From contig DATHJA010000017.1 of the NCBI GenBank assembly GCA_035316475.1, forward strand, positions 1-36,851: a DNA stretch of 36,851 nt, read 5' to 3'. Every line of letters begins with the position of its first letter. Positions within the stretch are counted from its first letter, which is position 1. Origin of the DNA: Edaphobacter sp. (GTDB lineage: Bacteria > Acidobacteriota > Terriglobia > Terriglobales > Acidobacteriaceae). Of the stretch, positions 19,257-27,834 are shown one piece after another. The notes under the pieces were generated by a model. It did not search any database, had not been told where the DNA came from, and was given only the letters and a program-made list of their open reading frames with translations. The translations under genes were made by a program, and so were the position numbers.

Positions 19257-19468
19257 TACTAACTCTCCTTGTAAGTCGTTACTGCGCTTAGGTTGACAAC
19301 CGGAGGAGAGCCAGAAAAACTAAGTTTCGCTGACCAATCCGGTCGGTGGATCAGTGGAGGAGGCAGGATGGCGTAGGAACCTTTATGCCTCCTCTACTGG
19401 AACTTCGGTTTTCTTGCCGATATAACCGGCATTTCCCAACAATTCAGGGATATGTGTTCCTCCTCGCG

Positions 19469-19618
19469 TCAGGCGGCCGTAGCAGAACTCACCCTTAATT
19501 CAAGTAATTTCACAATTTCCTCAATAGACCAGACGTGATCCGCAATCCCCTGGCGAACGTTCAAATTCCTAACATGCCGGTGATGATACGAGGCGCAAGC
19601 TGTGCTCAAACAATCCAT
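19469..19618 (-). pseudogene. Internally deleted IS1-like transposase remnant
   Basis: MDCLSTACASYHHRHVRNLNVRQ-GIADHVWSIEEIVKLLE; both segments resemble, from memory, the early region and the C-terminus of IS1-family-like DDE transposases. Confidence 0.65.
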
Positions 19619-19698
19619 AAACAGATAATCAGTTAATTTCTGCTTTATGTCAATTATTATTTGACAAACATCGAGAATTATCTGACTATCTGATTATG
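19616..19698. promoter_or_regulatory. 83-bp imperfect palindrome forming divergent sigma70-type promoters and probable operators
   Basis: TGTCAA-N7-TTGACA core and 23-bp outer arms (3 mismatches) share centre 19657; each TTGACA is followed 17 nt later by GAYTAT and 6 nt later by an ATG. Confidence 0.75.
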
Positions 19699-20850
19699 CT
19701 ATTCAAGGCCGATGAGCTTCGGGATGAAGAGATGGCAGTGATCGAGAAGATTGAAGAGGTGCGCAAGAGTCTTAGACACAACCTTGCTGTGCCTAGACGA
19801 TGGACTGGTCTTCTCAGTCGAAACACATTCGCCCGTGCAATCAGACAGTCAAACAGTATTGAGGGCTACAACGTAACTGCTGAAGATGCTATTGCGGCAG
19901 CGGAAGGAGAAGAACCGCTTGATGCGAACAAAGAGACTTGGTACGCGATAACTGGCTATCGAAACGCGCTGACTTTTGTACTTCAGCTAGCGAAAGACCC
20001 TAATTTCAATTACAACGAAGGCTTCTTGCGTGGCCTTCATTTCATGATGGTTCAACATGACCTCAGCAAGAACCCCGGTAACTGGAGACCCGGAACGATT
20101 TACGTCAGACAGGAATCTACTGGGGAAGTAGTGTATGAAGGCCCAGATGTGGAATATGTTCCAGGGCTGATTGAAGAACTTGTTGAATATCTAAACGACA
20201 TTGATGACACCCCTCACGCTCTCATCAAAGGCGCAATGGCCCATTTGAATCTCGTAATGATTCATCCGTTTTCCGATGGAAATGGAAGAATGGCGCGATG
20301 CCTACAAACTCTTGTTTTGGCGCGTGAAGGTATTCTTCAATCCGAATTTTCTTCAATAGAAGAGTATTTGGGAAGGAACACGAAAGATTATTACGAGGTA
20401 CTTTCGAAGACTGGGGATGGCTCTTGGAAACCAAAGAGAAGTACCCGCGAATGGATTCAATTCAATTTACTGGCGCATTATCGACAGGCCACGACCCTAC
20501 TCGGCAGGTCGAAGGTTATTGATCTGTTGTGGCAAGAGATGGATCAGAGGATACGTCAACAAGGGCTTCCAGAACGGCTTTTATTTGCCGTAGTGGATGC
20601 TGCGCTGGGCTATAAGGTAAGAAACGCAAGCTACAGGAACGTCGCGGGGTTGAACGAAAATATCGCCAGCCGTGATCTTAAGACTGCGGTGGATGCTGGC
20701 TTTCTTATTGCATCTGGAGAAAAGCGCGGAAGATTGTACGCGGGATCACCGCAAATCAGAGCGGTCTTCGATAAGCTAAAGAGCGAATATCTACCCCCGA
20801 TACCAAGTCCATTCGGCCTTACGCAGCTTGTACTTCCTAACCCTCAGTAG
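19696..20850 (+). CDS. Fic-domain protein (class II) with probable C-terminal winged HTH
   Basis: Canonical HPFSDGNGRMAR motif, N-terminal inhibitory SNSIEG motif, C-terminal NASYR..AG...ASRDL...V..GFL...G.KRGRLY. Confidence 0.93.
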   Translation: MLFKADELRDEEMAVIEKIEEVRKSLRHNLAVPRRWTGLLSRNTFARAIRQSNSIEGYNVTAEDAIAAAEGEEPLDANKETWYAITGYRNALTFVLQLAKDPNFNYNEGFLRGLHFMMVQHDLSKNPGNWRPGTIYVRQESTGEVVYEGPDVEYVPGLIEELVEYLNDIDDTPHALIKGAMAHLNLVMIHPFSDGNGRMARCLQTLVLAREGILQSEFSSIEEYLGRNTKDYYEVLSKTGDGSWKPKRSTREWIQFNLLAHYRQATTLLGRSKVIDLLWQEMDQRIRQQGLPERLLFAVVDAALGYKVRNASYRNVAGLNENIASRDLKTAVDAGFLIASGEKRGRLYAGSPQIRAVFDKLKSEYLPPIPSPFGLTQLVLPNPQ

Positions 20851-20880
20851 CTTCTCTAATGATCCGAGCAGCGGCTTGAT

Positions 20881-21078
20881 TCACGTCCTCGCCGGTCGTT
20901 TCTTCAGCGGAGTAAGCGATCCCCACGGGATATTCTTCAGAATGAATTCCCTCGGCCCGATCAACTTCACTTCAACAAAATTCGGCTCGGTTTTTACTGC
21001 GATAACCTTGAACGGCCCATTCTGTCCTAGAACAGAGACTTCGTCGCCTTTTTTGGGGATATAGCGGTAGTTCGGCAT
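20881..21078 (-). CDS. Small hypothetical protein, possibly KOW/SH3-like beta-barrel
   Basis: MPNYRYIPKKGDEVSVLGQNGPFKVIAV...VEVKLIG; KGDxV pattern and alternating hydrophobic strands. Confidence 0.55.
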   Translation of the reverse strand: MPNYRYIPKKGDEVSVLGQNGPFKVIAVKTEPNFVEVKLIGPREFILKNIPWGSLTPLKKRPART

Positions 21079-21121
21079 ACCCAAAGCCTACGCCGCGAGT
21101 GATCTCATCGCATCCTGTGGA

Positions 21122-21142
21122 TTTTCAAACTGCACCACTACC
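21122..21142 (-). mobile_element. Probable IS1-like terminal inverted repeat (single end)
   Basis: Minus strand reads GGTAGTGGTGCAGTTTGAAAA, an IS1-like GGTRRTG start, and lies upstream of the transposase remnant; partner end not found. Confidence 0.5.
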
Positions 21143-21562
21143 GCATTCCCGCAGGGCTCATGAGCCGGACCGACTCTCCGACTGGCGACCAGCGATGGAA
21201 TCAGGCTTGCGCCTCCGATTTTTTCTATTTTTCTGTTTCTCGGATATAGGGCGGGTTTGGGGGTCGATTCATCCGGAGGGGATAGGGGGCGGACAAATAA
21301 ATTACCAGACTTCGAATCTACGGCTATTCGAACACCAGCAGGACGAATGCTCTTGCGCTCGTTTGTGGCGACGCGAGAGGAAACGTTTGCAGGTGAATCC
21401 CTCCATACCGCGAGATCTCCCGAGCCAAAATTCGCACACGATGTTCAATCTTTAATGACAAGATTTAAAAGACAACGCTCCTTCTCAAAAATGGGTAACA
21501 GCATGTTGGTGGGGGCAACTCTGGGGGCAACCAAAAAGAGGTTCGCCGAATTTATCTATATA

Positions 21563-21622
21563 TATCAGATACTTACAATGACTATTCGGCTCCCGCTCGG
21601 GCTCCAAAAAATCAGTAATTTA
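21563..21622. promoter_or_regulatory. Two IHF-consensus sites flanking the distal att core
   Basis: TATCAGATACTTA (21563-75) and AATCAGTAATTTA (21610-22) match WATCARNNNNTTR. Confidence 0.5.
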
Positions 21623-21868
21623 TAGGCAACTTCTCGAACCCAAAATAACCACGATAAGCTGATAAGTATTACCCGTCTCGACGAGTTGTCGTGATGAAAG
21701 ACCATGCCGGCTGGTTGCTCCAGAATGATTGGTCCGCCCGGTATCGTCCTTGCGCAGCACGATCAAGCGTGTGGGTTCGGCCGCCACGTAGCATAGGGTG
21801 TCGACAGCAGCGACCTGGCCGGAAAAGAGCTGCCAACCAGCGGCACTTCCCTATCTATTTTCCGGACT

Positions 21869-23281
21869 TTACTGCCAACCGCCTCCAAGCGCAGCATATA
21901 ACTGCACCAGCGAAAGCGCTTCATTCTGCTGTGCAATTGCAAGGTTTAACTGCGCCGTAAACAGGTTGGTATCCGTAGTAAGCACCTCGAGGTAAGCCGT
22001 CGCTCCACTCTGATAGCGTAGGCGGGCAAGTCTGGTGGAATCGTCGGCTGCGGCCACCAGTTTTTGCTGTTGCTCGCGATAAGCCCGCTGCTTGTCTGCT
22101 GCGATCAAAGCGTTTGATACATCCCGAAAGGCTGTGAGAATAGTCTTCTGATAGTTGAGGACCATCTCTTTCTTCGTCTCCTCCGAAAGCTGAAGCTGGC
22201 CACGAAGCTTGCCTCCTGCAAAGATCGGCTGCGTCAGCGATCCAATACCGTAAACCGTCTCGGCGCCAGACTTGAACATATCCGGGAAGCTGTCTCCGCC
22301 CACGCCGCCTGAACCACTGATGGAAAGCTGCGGAAAGAACTGGGCACGAGCCACGCCGATGTTGGCGTTTGCAGCCATCAATTGCGCCTCGGCCTGCTGG
22401 ACGTCCGGACGACGCTCCAGTAGCTGGGACGGCAAGCCGACGGGCAAAGCCGACGGAGGAGGAATGAGAGCTGTCGGGTCGATGTGTGTCACCGGCCCCG
22501 GCGTATCCCCTACGAGCAGCTTGAGTGCATTCTCGTCCTGCTGAATCTGTTGCTTCAACTGCGGAATCTGCGAGGTTGCCGTATACAGCAACTGTTCCGC
22601 CTGGCGAAGGTCGGAAAGCGGAACGGAACCACCGTCCGACAATCGACGGGTCAAGTCGACCGAATCCTGCCGCGACTTCACCGTCTGCTCAGCGATTGCG
22701 AGTTGAGTATCCAACGCCCGCAGTGAAAAATACGTGCTCGCCACCTGCTGTACCAGAGTCAGCCGAACCGCTTTCTGAGCCCATTGTTGAGCCAAGAGCG
22801 TATCGCGCGCTGCTTCGGTCTGTCTCCTGTAGAGTCCCCAGAAGTCCGGTGTCCAGGCAGCTGAAAGATTGAACCCACCGAACACCAGAGGATTAGAGAT
22901 AGTGGTGCCTCCAATCGAAGGAATGTCGGCTCCCGCTCCAGAACCACCGGCGTTTACGGTTGGAAACTGCTGGGCTCGGGTGATCTTTACCTGCGCCTGC
23001 TGCTCGAGAACTCTTTGCGCGGCGATCCGGAGATCATAGTTATTAGTTAGTGCCTTCGAAATCAAGGCCTGTAACTCTGGCTCCTTGAATATCTGCGACC
23101 ACTGCTGATCTCCAAGTGAGTCTTTGGCTGCACTGGAGACCGCCGCGTCATCGGAACCGCGAAATTCAGGAGGAGCCGGGACCTGGGGACGAACGTACTT
23201 CGGCCCGACCTTGCAACCCGAGAGTATAAGTAAGCAGGCAAAGCCGACCAAGCCGATAGGGAGATTCGGGAACTTCCTCAT
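21869..23281 (-). CDS. RND efflux outer membrane lipoprotein (OprM/NodT family)
   Basis: ATG 23281 overlaps the permease stop (ATGA); lipobox LILSGC; LLERRPDV..AE..L.AANANIG.ARA.FFP; ends LY.ALGGGW. Confidence 0.95.
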   Translation of the reverse strand: MRKFPNLPIGLVGFACLLILSGCKVGPKYVRPQVPAPPEFRGSDDAAVSSAAKDSLGDQQWSQIFKEPELQALISKALTNNYDLRIAAQRVLEQQAQVKITRAQQFPTVNAGGSGAGADIPSIGGTTISNPLVFGGFNLSAAWTPDFWGLYRRQTEAARDTLLAQQWAQKAVRLTLVQQVASTYFSLRALDTQLAIAEQTVKSRQDSVDLTRRLSDGGSVPLSDLRQAEQLLYTATSQIPQLKQQIQQDENALKLLVGDTPGPVTHIDPTALIPPPSALPVGLPSQLLERRPDVQQAEAQLMAANANIGVARAQFFPQLSISGSGGVGGDSFPDMFKSGAETVYGIGSLTQPIFAGGKLRGQLQLSEETKKEMVLNYQKTILTAFRDVSNALIAADKQRAYREQQQKLVAAADDSTRLARLRYQSGATAYLEVLTTDTNLFTAQLNLAIAQQNEALSLVQLYAALGGGWQ

Positions 23282-26200
23282 ACGTGACCTCCGGTGGTCT
23301 GATCGTTTGAAACGCTCATTTGCTGCAGCCCCGCGGCCTTTCCGGCAGCAACCGGATCCAAATCGGGCTTGGAGTCCATCGTGGTTCCCCTTCCACCTTT
23401 TGTATATCGATGAGAGAGATATTCCACGACGGAGAACGCTACCGGAACAAACAGGATGCCGATCAGACTGGACAACGTCATACCGCCGACAACAACAGTC
23501 CCAAGGATCCGGCGCGAAACCGAACCTGCCCCTTCGGCCACCCACAGAGGCAAGCAGCCGAAAATGAAGGCGAGAGCCGTCATAATGATTGGCCTGAAAC
23601 GCAGGCGAGCCGCATTCAGTGCCGCCTCCGCGATGCTCTGACCGCTCTCATAGTTGACCTTCGCAAACTCGACGATCAAGATGGCGTTCTTCGCTGAAAG
23701 ACCGATCAGCATGACGAGACCGATGGTGGCGAAGACGTCGTTCTCAAGAGAGCGAGCGTTCAGGGCCAGATATGCACCCAGGATCGCAACCGGCGTGCTC
23801 AGCAGCACGCTGAATGGGAGTGTCCAGCTCTCATAGAGAGCTGCCAGAATCAGAAATACGAATACGATTGAAAGTGCAAAAACCACCCATGCCGGAAGCC
23901 CCTGCGCAGCCTTGTGCTCCTGGAAGGACATGCCCGAATAGTCAAAGCCCATTCCGTCAGGCATTGTTTGATGGTAGGTATCTTCAAGCGCCTTCATGAT
24001 CTGGCCGGAGCTGTACCCCGGGGTGCCCACGATATTTATCGTTACAGCGTTGTATTCGTTGAAGCGATAAATAAATTCCGGGCCGTTGATCTTTTTGACG
24101 TTGACCAGCGCGGCCAAAGGAACCTGACTTCCGTTTGCGCTGCGGACATAGAACTGATTGATGTTTTCAATCTTGCTTCTCGTGTCGGCTTCTGCTTCAA
24201 CGTAGGTCTGCCATTGGCGGCCAAACCGGTTGAAGTAGTTCGTCAAATAGCCGCCCATGAATGTCTGCATGGTGGCGTAGACATCAGAGAGCAGCACCTG
24301 CTGTTGTACAACCTTATCTTTATCGACCGATGCATAGAGCTGCGGCACCGCCGGAAGATAGGACGGAATGGCGGCAGCAATCTCCGGTCGCTTCTTGAGT
24401 CCTCCAAGAAACGCACCGAGATTCTTGGTCAGAAAATCCGGATCGTCATTGCCGGAGCGGTCCTGCAGTACAAAAGTTACACCTCCCGATGTTCCAACAC
24501 CTGGAATAGAAGGTGGAGGAAAGCTGAAGGCGATGCCATCAGGATTGCCTGCGAGTTGCTTCGCCATATTTTGCTGGATTGCGGCGAACTGTTCTTCCTT
24601 AGACTTTCGTAGGTCCCAATCCTTAAGCGAGACAAAAAAGAAAGCAGTGTTGGTGCTCTGTGTCTGGGTCAGAAGGCTGAAGCCGTTGACCTGAATAACG
24701 CCACGCACTCCCGGGGTCTTCAACAGGGCATCCGAAACTCGTAGCGCAGCCTGATCGGTGCGCTTCAATGACGAGGCATCCGGAAGCTGCAGCGCGACGA
24801 AGGCATAGCCCTGGTCTTCGATCGGAATAAATCCTGTCGGCAGTCGCCCGCCGAAGAGCACCGCGGCGAATCCAATGACGACCAGCAGCAGCATCGAGAA
24901 ACCCGACTTGTGCAACAGAACGCTCGATGTGGATACGTAACGGTCGGTCGCGCGTCCGAAGAAACGGTTGAACCACTTATAGAACCGCGTAAGTGCCCCA
25001 TTGCTCTTCAGATTATTTTTTGGTTTAAGCAGTAGCGAAGCAAGTGCAGGACTCAGGGAGAGTGCGTTGAACGCTGAGATAATGACGGAGATCGCGATGG
25101 TAATTGCAAACTGCTGATACAGGCGCCCGGTAATACCGGGAATTGCGGCGGTGGGGATAAACACGGCCGCCAGAATTAGCGCGATAGCAACAACCGGGCC
25201 GGAGACTTCCTCCATAGCCTTATAGGTTGCGTCCACCGGAGTCATGCCTTCATCGATGTGGTGCTCCACTGCCTCCACCACGATGATGGCATCGTCCACC
25301 ACCAGGCCGATCGCCAGCACAAGACCGAATAACGAGAGCGTGTTGATGGAAAAACCCAGGAGCGGAAAGATGATGAACGTACCAATCAGGGATACTGGTA
25401 CGGCCAGCAGGGGGATCAACGTCGCGCGCCATCCCTGAAGGAAGATGAACACCACGATGACAACGAGCACAAGCGCTTCAACCAGCGTGATGACGATCTC
25501 GTGAAGACCGGCCGTTACGGCTTTGGTGGTATCGAGCGGGATGTCATACTTCAGCCCTGACGGGAAGTTCCCTGAGAGCTCTTTCATACGCTGACTGACA
25601 AGTTTGGCAACCTGTACAGCATTAGAACCAGGCAACTGATACACGCCGAACACGCCCGACGGTGCCTTGTTATAGCGTCCATTTAGGGTGTAGTACTGCG
25701 CGCCCAATTCGATACGCGCGACATCGCCGAGGTGCAGCACCGATCCATCCGGGTTTGCACGAACAACGATCTTCGAAAACTCCTCCGGAGTAACCAGACG
25801 ACCTTCAGTGCGGACCGTGTAGGTAAATTGCTGAGCATCAGGGGAAGGCTCACCCCCGATTTGTCCAGCCGGATTCACATTATTCTGCGTCTGCAGGGCG
25901 GCGATAATCTCCGGGGCTGTGACCCCCAGCTTTGCAAGCTGATCGGGCTTCACCCAGACACGCAGTGCATACTGACCACCGAAGACCTGCACACGCGCCA
26001 CACCGGGAACGCGCGTGATCTCGTCTTGAAGCTTGATGATGGCGTAATTGGTCAGAAACTGTGCATCGTACTTGCCCTCTGGAGAAGACAAAGCCACGAT
26101 CATCAGCGGCGACGTCAGCGACTTCTGCACCGTAATTCCACCAACGGTAGCCTGCGCGGGAAGCTGAGCCTGTGCCTGTGAGACACGCAGCTGGGTGAGA

Positions 26201-26514
26201 ATCTGGTCTGTGTCAGGATTCGTCTTTACATCGAAGTCCGTAAAGATCTGCGATTGACCATTGTTTGCATTAACTGAATACATGTACAGCATGTTGTCCA
26301 CGCCAGTGATCTGCTGCTCAAGTGGGGTAGAAACAGACTGCAAAAGCGTCTTCGCATCAGCGCCCGAATAGTTGGCGGTCACTGAAATCTCAGGCGGCGC
26401 GATATCAGGAAACTGTGCTGTGGGCAACGTCAGCATGGATACGGTGCCCAGAATGACCGTGAGAATCGCAATTACAATCGCCACAATGGGGCGGCGAATG
26501 AAAAACTTTGACAT
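23278..26514 (-). CDS. RND efflux permease (HAE1, AcrB/MexB family)
   Basis: MSKFFIRRPI, GLVVDDAIIVVE, GLSAKNAILIVEFA, RFRPIIMT. Confidence 0.98.
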   Translation of the reverse strand: MSKFFIRRPIVAIVIAILTVILGTVSMLTLPTAQFPDIAPPEISVTANYSGADAKTLLQSVSTPLEQQITGVDNMLYMYSVNANNGQSQIFTDFDVKTNPDTDQILTQLRVSQAQAQLPAQATVGGITVQKSLTSPLMIVALSSPEGKYDAQFLTNYAIIKLQDEITRVPGVARVQVFGGQYALRVWVKPDQLAKLGVTAPEIIAALQTQNNVNPAGQIGGEPSPDAQQFTYTVRTEGRLVTPEEFSKIVVRANPDGSVLHLGDVARIELGAQYYTLNGRYNKAPSGVFGVYQLPGSNAVQVAKLVSQRMKELSGNFPSGLKYDIPLDTTKAVTAGLHEIVITLVEALVLVVIVVFIFLQGWRATLIPLLAVPVSLIGTFIIFPLLGFSINTLSLFGLVLAIGLVVDDAIIVVEAVEHHIDEGMTPVDATYKAMEEVSGPVVAIALILAAVFIPTAAIPGITGRLYQQFAITIAISVIISAFNALSLSPALASLLLKPKNNLKSNGALTRFYKWFNRFFGRATDRYVSTSSVLLHKSGFSMLLLVVIGFAAVLFGGRLPTGFIPIEDQGYAFVALQLPDASSLKRTDQAALRVSDALLKTPGVRGVIQVNGFSLLTQTQSTNTAFFFVSLKDWDLRKSKEEQFAAIQQNMAKQLAGNPDGIAFSFPPPSIPGVGTSGGVTFVLQDRSGNDDPDFLTKNLGAFLGGLKKRPEIAAAIPSYLPAVPQLYASVDKDKVVQQQVLLSDVYATMQTFMGGYLTNYFNRFGRQWQTYVEAEADTRSKIENINQFYVRSANGSQVPLAALVNVKKINGPEFIYRFNEYNAVTINIVGTPGYSSGQIMKALEDTYHQTMPDGMGFDYSGMSFQEHKAAQGLPAWVVFALSIVFVFLILAALYESWTLPFSVLLSTPVAILGAYLALNARSLENDVFATIGLVMLIGLSAKNAILIVEFAKVNYESGQSIAEAALNAARLRFRPIIMTALAFIFGCLPLWVAEGAGSVSRRILGTVVVGGMTLSSLIGILFVPVAFSVVEYLSHRYTKGGRGTTMDSKPDLDPVAAGKAAGLQQMSVSNDQTTGGHV

Positions 26515-27743
26515 TACTTCCCTCCGGCTACATCGCCGGCCCCAGACGCCACAGCTGTGTGCGGCGCTACCGGTGCCCCTTCGCCAAGTTTCTGTAAGTT
26601 GTCAGTGATGATTGTTGTTCCTGGCTTGAGACCACTCAGGACCACCACATCCGACCCGACTTCCGGCCCAACCGTTATGTTCACAACGTGTACTTTCTTA
26701 TCCGTACCCACAGTGAACACCTGTTTCTGTCCTTGCAGATCCGATACGACTGCCTGCGGAATCAGAATGGCGTTTTGGCGCATCTCGGTGTTCGCGGTTA
26801 TGCGTCCGAACTGACCCGGACGCAGCGTATTGCCGGAATTTGGGAAGGACGCTGCAATCCGGATTGCTCCCGTCTGCTGGTTCATCTGCCGATCAACAAA
26901 GACAATCTTTCCTGGGTACGGATAAGTGCTTCCATCGGCTAAATGCAATGTCAGCGGGACGTCCGACGCCCCCTTCAACAGATCGCTGCCGCCGTTCTTC
27001 AGGCGCCCGGCTAGTGCAAGATACTCAGCGTCTGAGATTGAGAAGTAAACCTTGATAGGATCCATCTGAGAAACAGCCGTCAGTACAGCCTGAGGACTGA
27101 CGAGATTTCCCACCTGAGTCGTAGCCTGTCCGGAGACCCCTGTTATTAAAGAGCGAACCTGCGTGAATCCCAGATTCAATTTGGCCGTCTCTACGCTTGC
27201 CTGTGCGGCCGCGATCGATGCCTGAGCTGCCTTCACCGCAGCTTCCTGTTGAATCTCCTGCTGCTTTTCCGTGTCAAGCGTGCTTTGCGCAATTGCCCGC
27301 TGCGCTGCAAGCGGCGTATCACGCGCGACATTAATCTTGGCCAGGCCCAATTGAGCCTGCGCCTGGCCAAGTGAACCTTGCGCCTGACCGACTTGAGCCT
27401 GCGCCTGATCTAAAAGTGCCTGAAAGGGTCTCGGGTCGATTTCGAACAAGACCTGCCCCTTTTGAACCACGGAACCTTCGCGATAGAGTTGCCGCACAAG
27501 ATACCCCGAGACCTGCGGCTGAATCTGGGCGTTAACATAGCCGTCCATGGTTCCCACCCACTCGCTCGACAGGGGAACGTCACTTGCACGCACACTCATG
27601 ACCGCAACAGGCAGTGAGCGATTCGCGGGCGACGTGGCGACATTCTTCTCGCATCCCGCAACCAGGAGAGTTCCCAGCAGCACTGTAAGCCCAACGAATC
27701 CAGTCTGGTGTCGGTGACTCGTTCCGCGTTTTCGCGAAGTCAT
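26514..27743 (-). CDS. RND efflux periplasmic adaptor (MFP)
   Basis: Lipobox LVAGC, IQPQVSG, GQVLFEIDP, coiled-coil hairpin, LRPGQF. Confidence 0.96.
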   Translation of the reverse strand: MTSRKRGTSHRHQTGFVGLTVLLGTLLVAGCEKNVATSPANRSLPVAVMSVRASDVPLSSEWVGTMDGYVNAQIQPQVSGYLVRQLYREGSVVQKGQVLFEIDPRPFQALLDQAQAQVGQAQGSLGQAQAQLGLAKINVARDTPLAAQRAIAQSTLDTEKQQEIQQEAAVKAAQASIAAAQASVETAKLNLGFTQVRSLITGVSGQATTQVGNLVSPQAVLTAVSQMDPIKVYFSISDAEYLALAGRLKNGGSDLLKGASDVPLTLHLADGSTYPYPGKIVFVDRQMNQQTGAIRIAASFPNSGNTLRPGQFGRITANTEMRQNAILIPQAVVSDLQGQKQVFTVGTDKKVHVVNITVGPEVGSDVVVLSGLKPGTTIITDNLQKLGEGAPVAPHTAVASGAGDVAGGK

Positions 27744-27787
27744 TCAATTCCTCCTGCTACCGGTGCTAAAATCACAGTTTCCACGCG

Positions 27788-27814
27788 AAAAACATGCACG
27801 CATGTTTTTATAAT
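27788..27814. promoter_or_regulatory. Putative TetR operator abutting a TATAAT -10 box
   Basis: Perfect inverted repeat AAAAACATGC-AC-GCATGTTTTT (27788-809) followed by TATAAT (27809-14), between divergent tetR and efflux genes. Confidence 0.8.
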
Positions 27815-27834
27815 TCAGATGCGGGAGATGCATC

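Larger units (their letters stand above)
18720..21606. mobile_element. Decayed integrative island in tRNA-Cys (P4-type tyrosine integrase)
   Basis: tRNA 3' end TTCAATTCCCGCTCGGTGCTCCA (18720-42) recurs as TTCGGCTCCCGCTCGG-GCTCCA (21585-606); GGGGCA arm-type repeats at both ends; integrase stub; visibly lower GC. Confidence 0.88.

Noticed and set aside
21099-21995. Several + strand ORFs around the distal att site
   Set aside because: They run through arm repeats, att core or antisense to the efflux gene and have no protein-like features
23282-23545. N-terminal extension of the outer membrane factor ORF
   Set aside because: Overlaps the permease in another frame; the lipoprotein signal and ATGA coupling place the start at 23281
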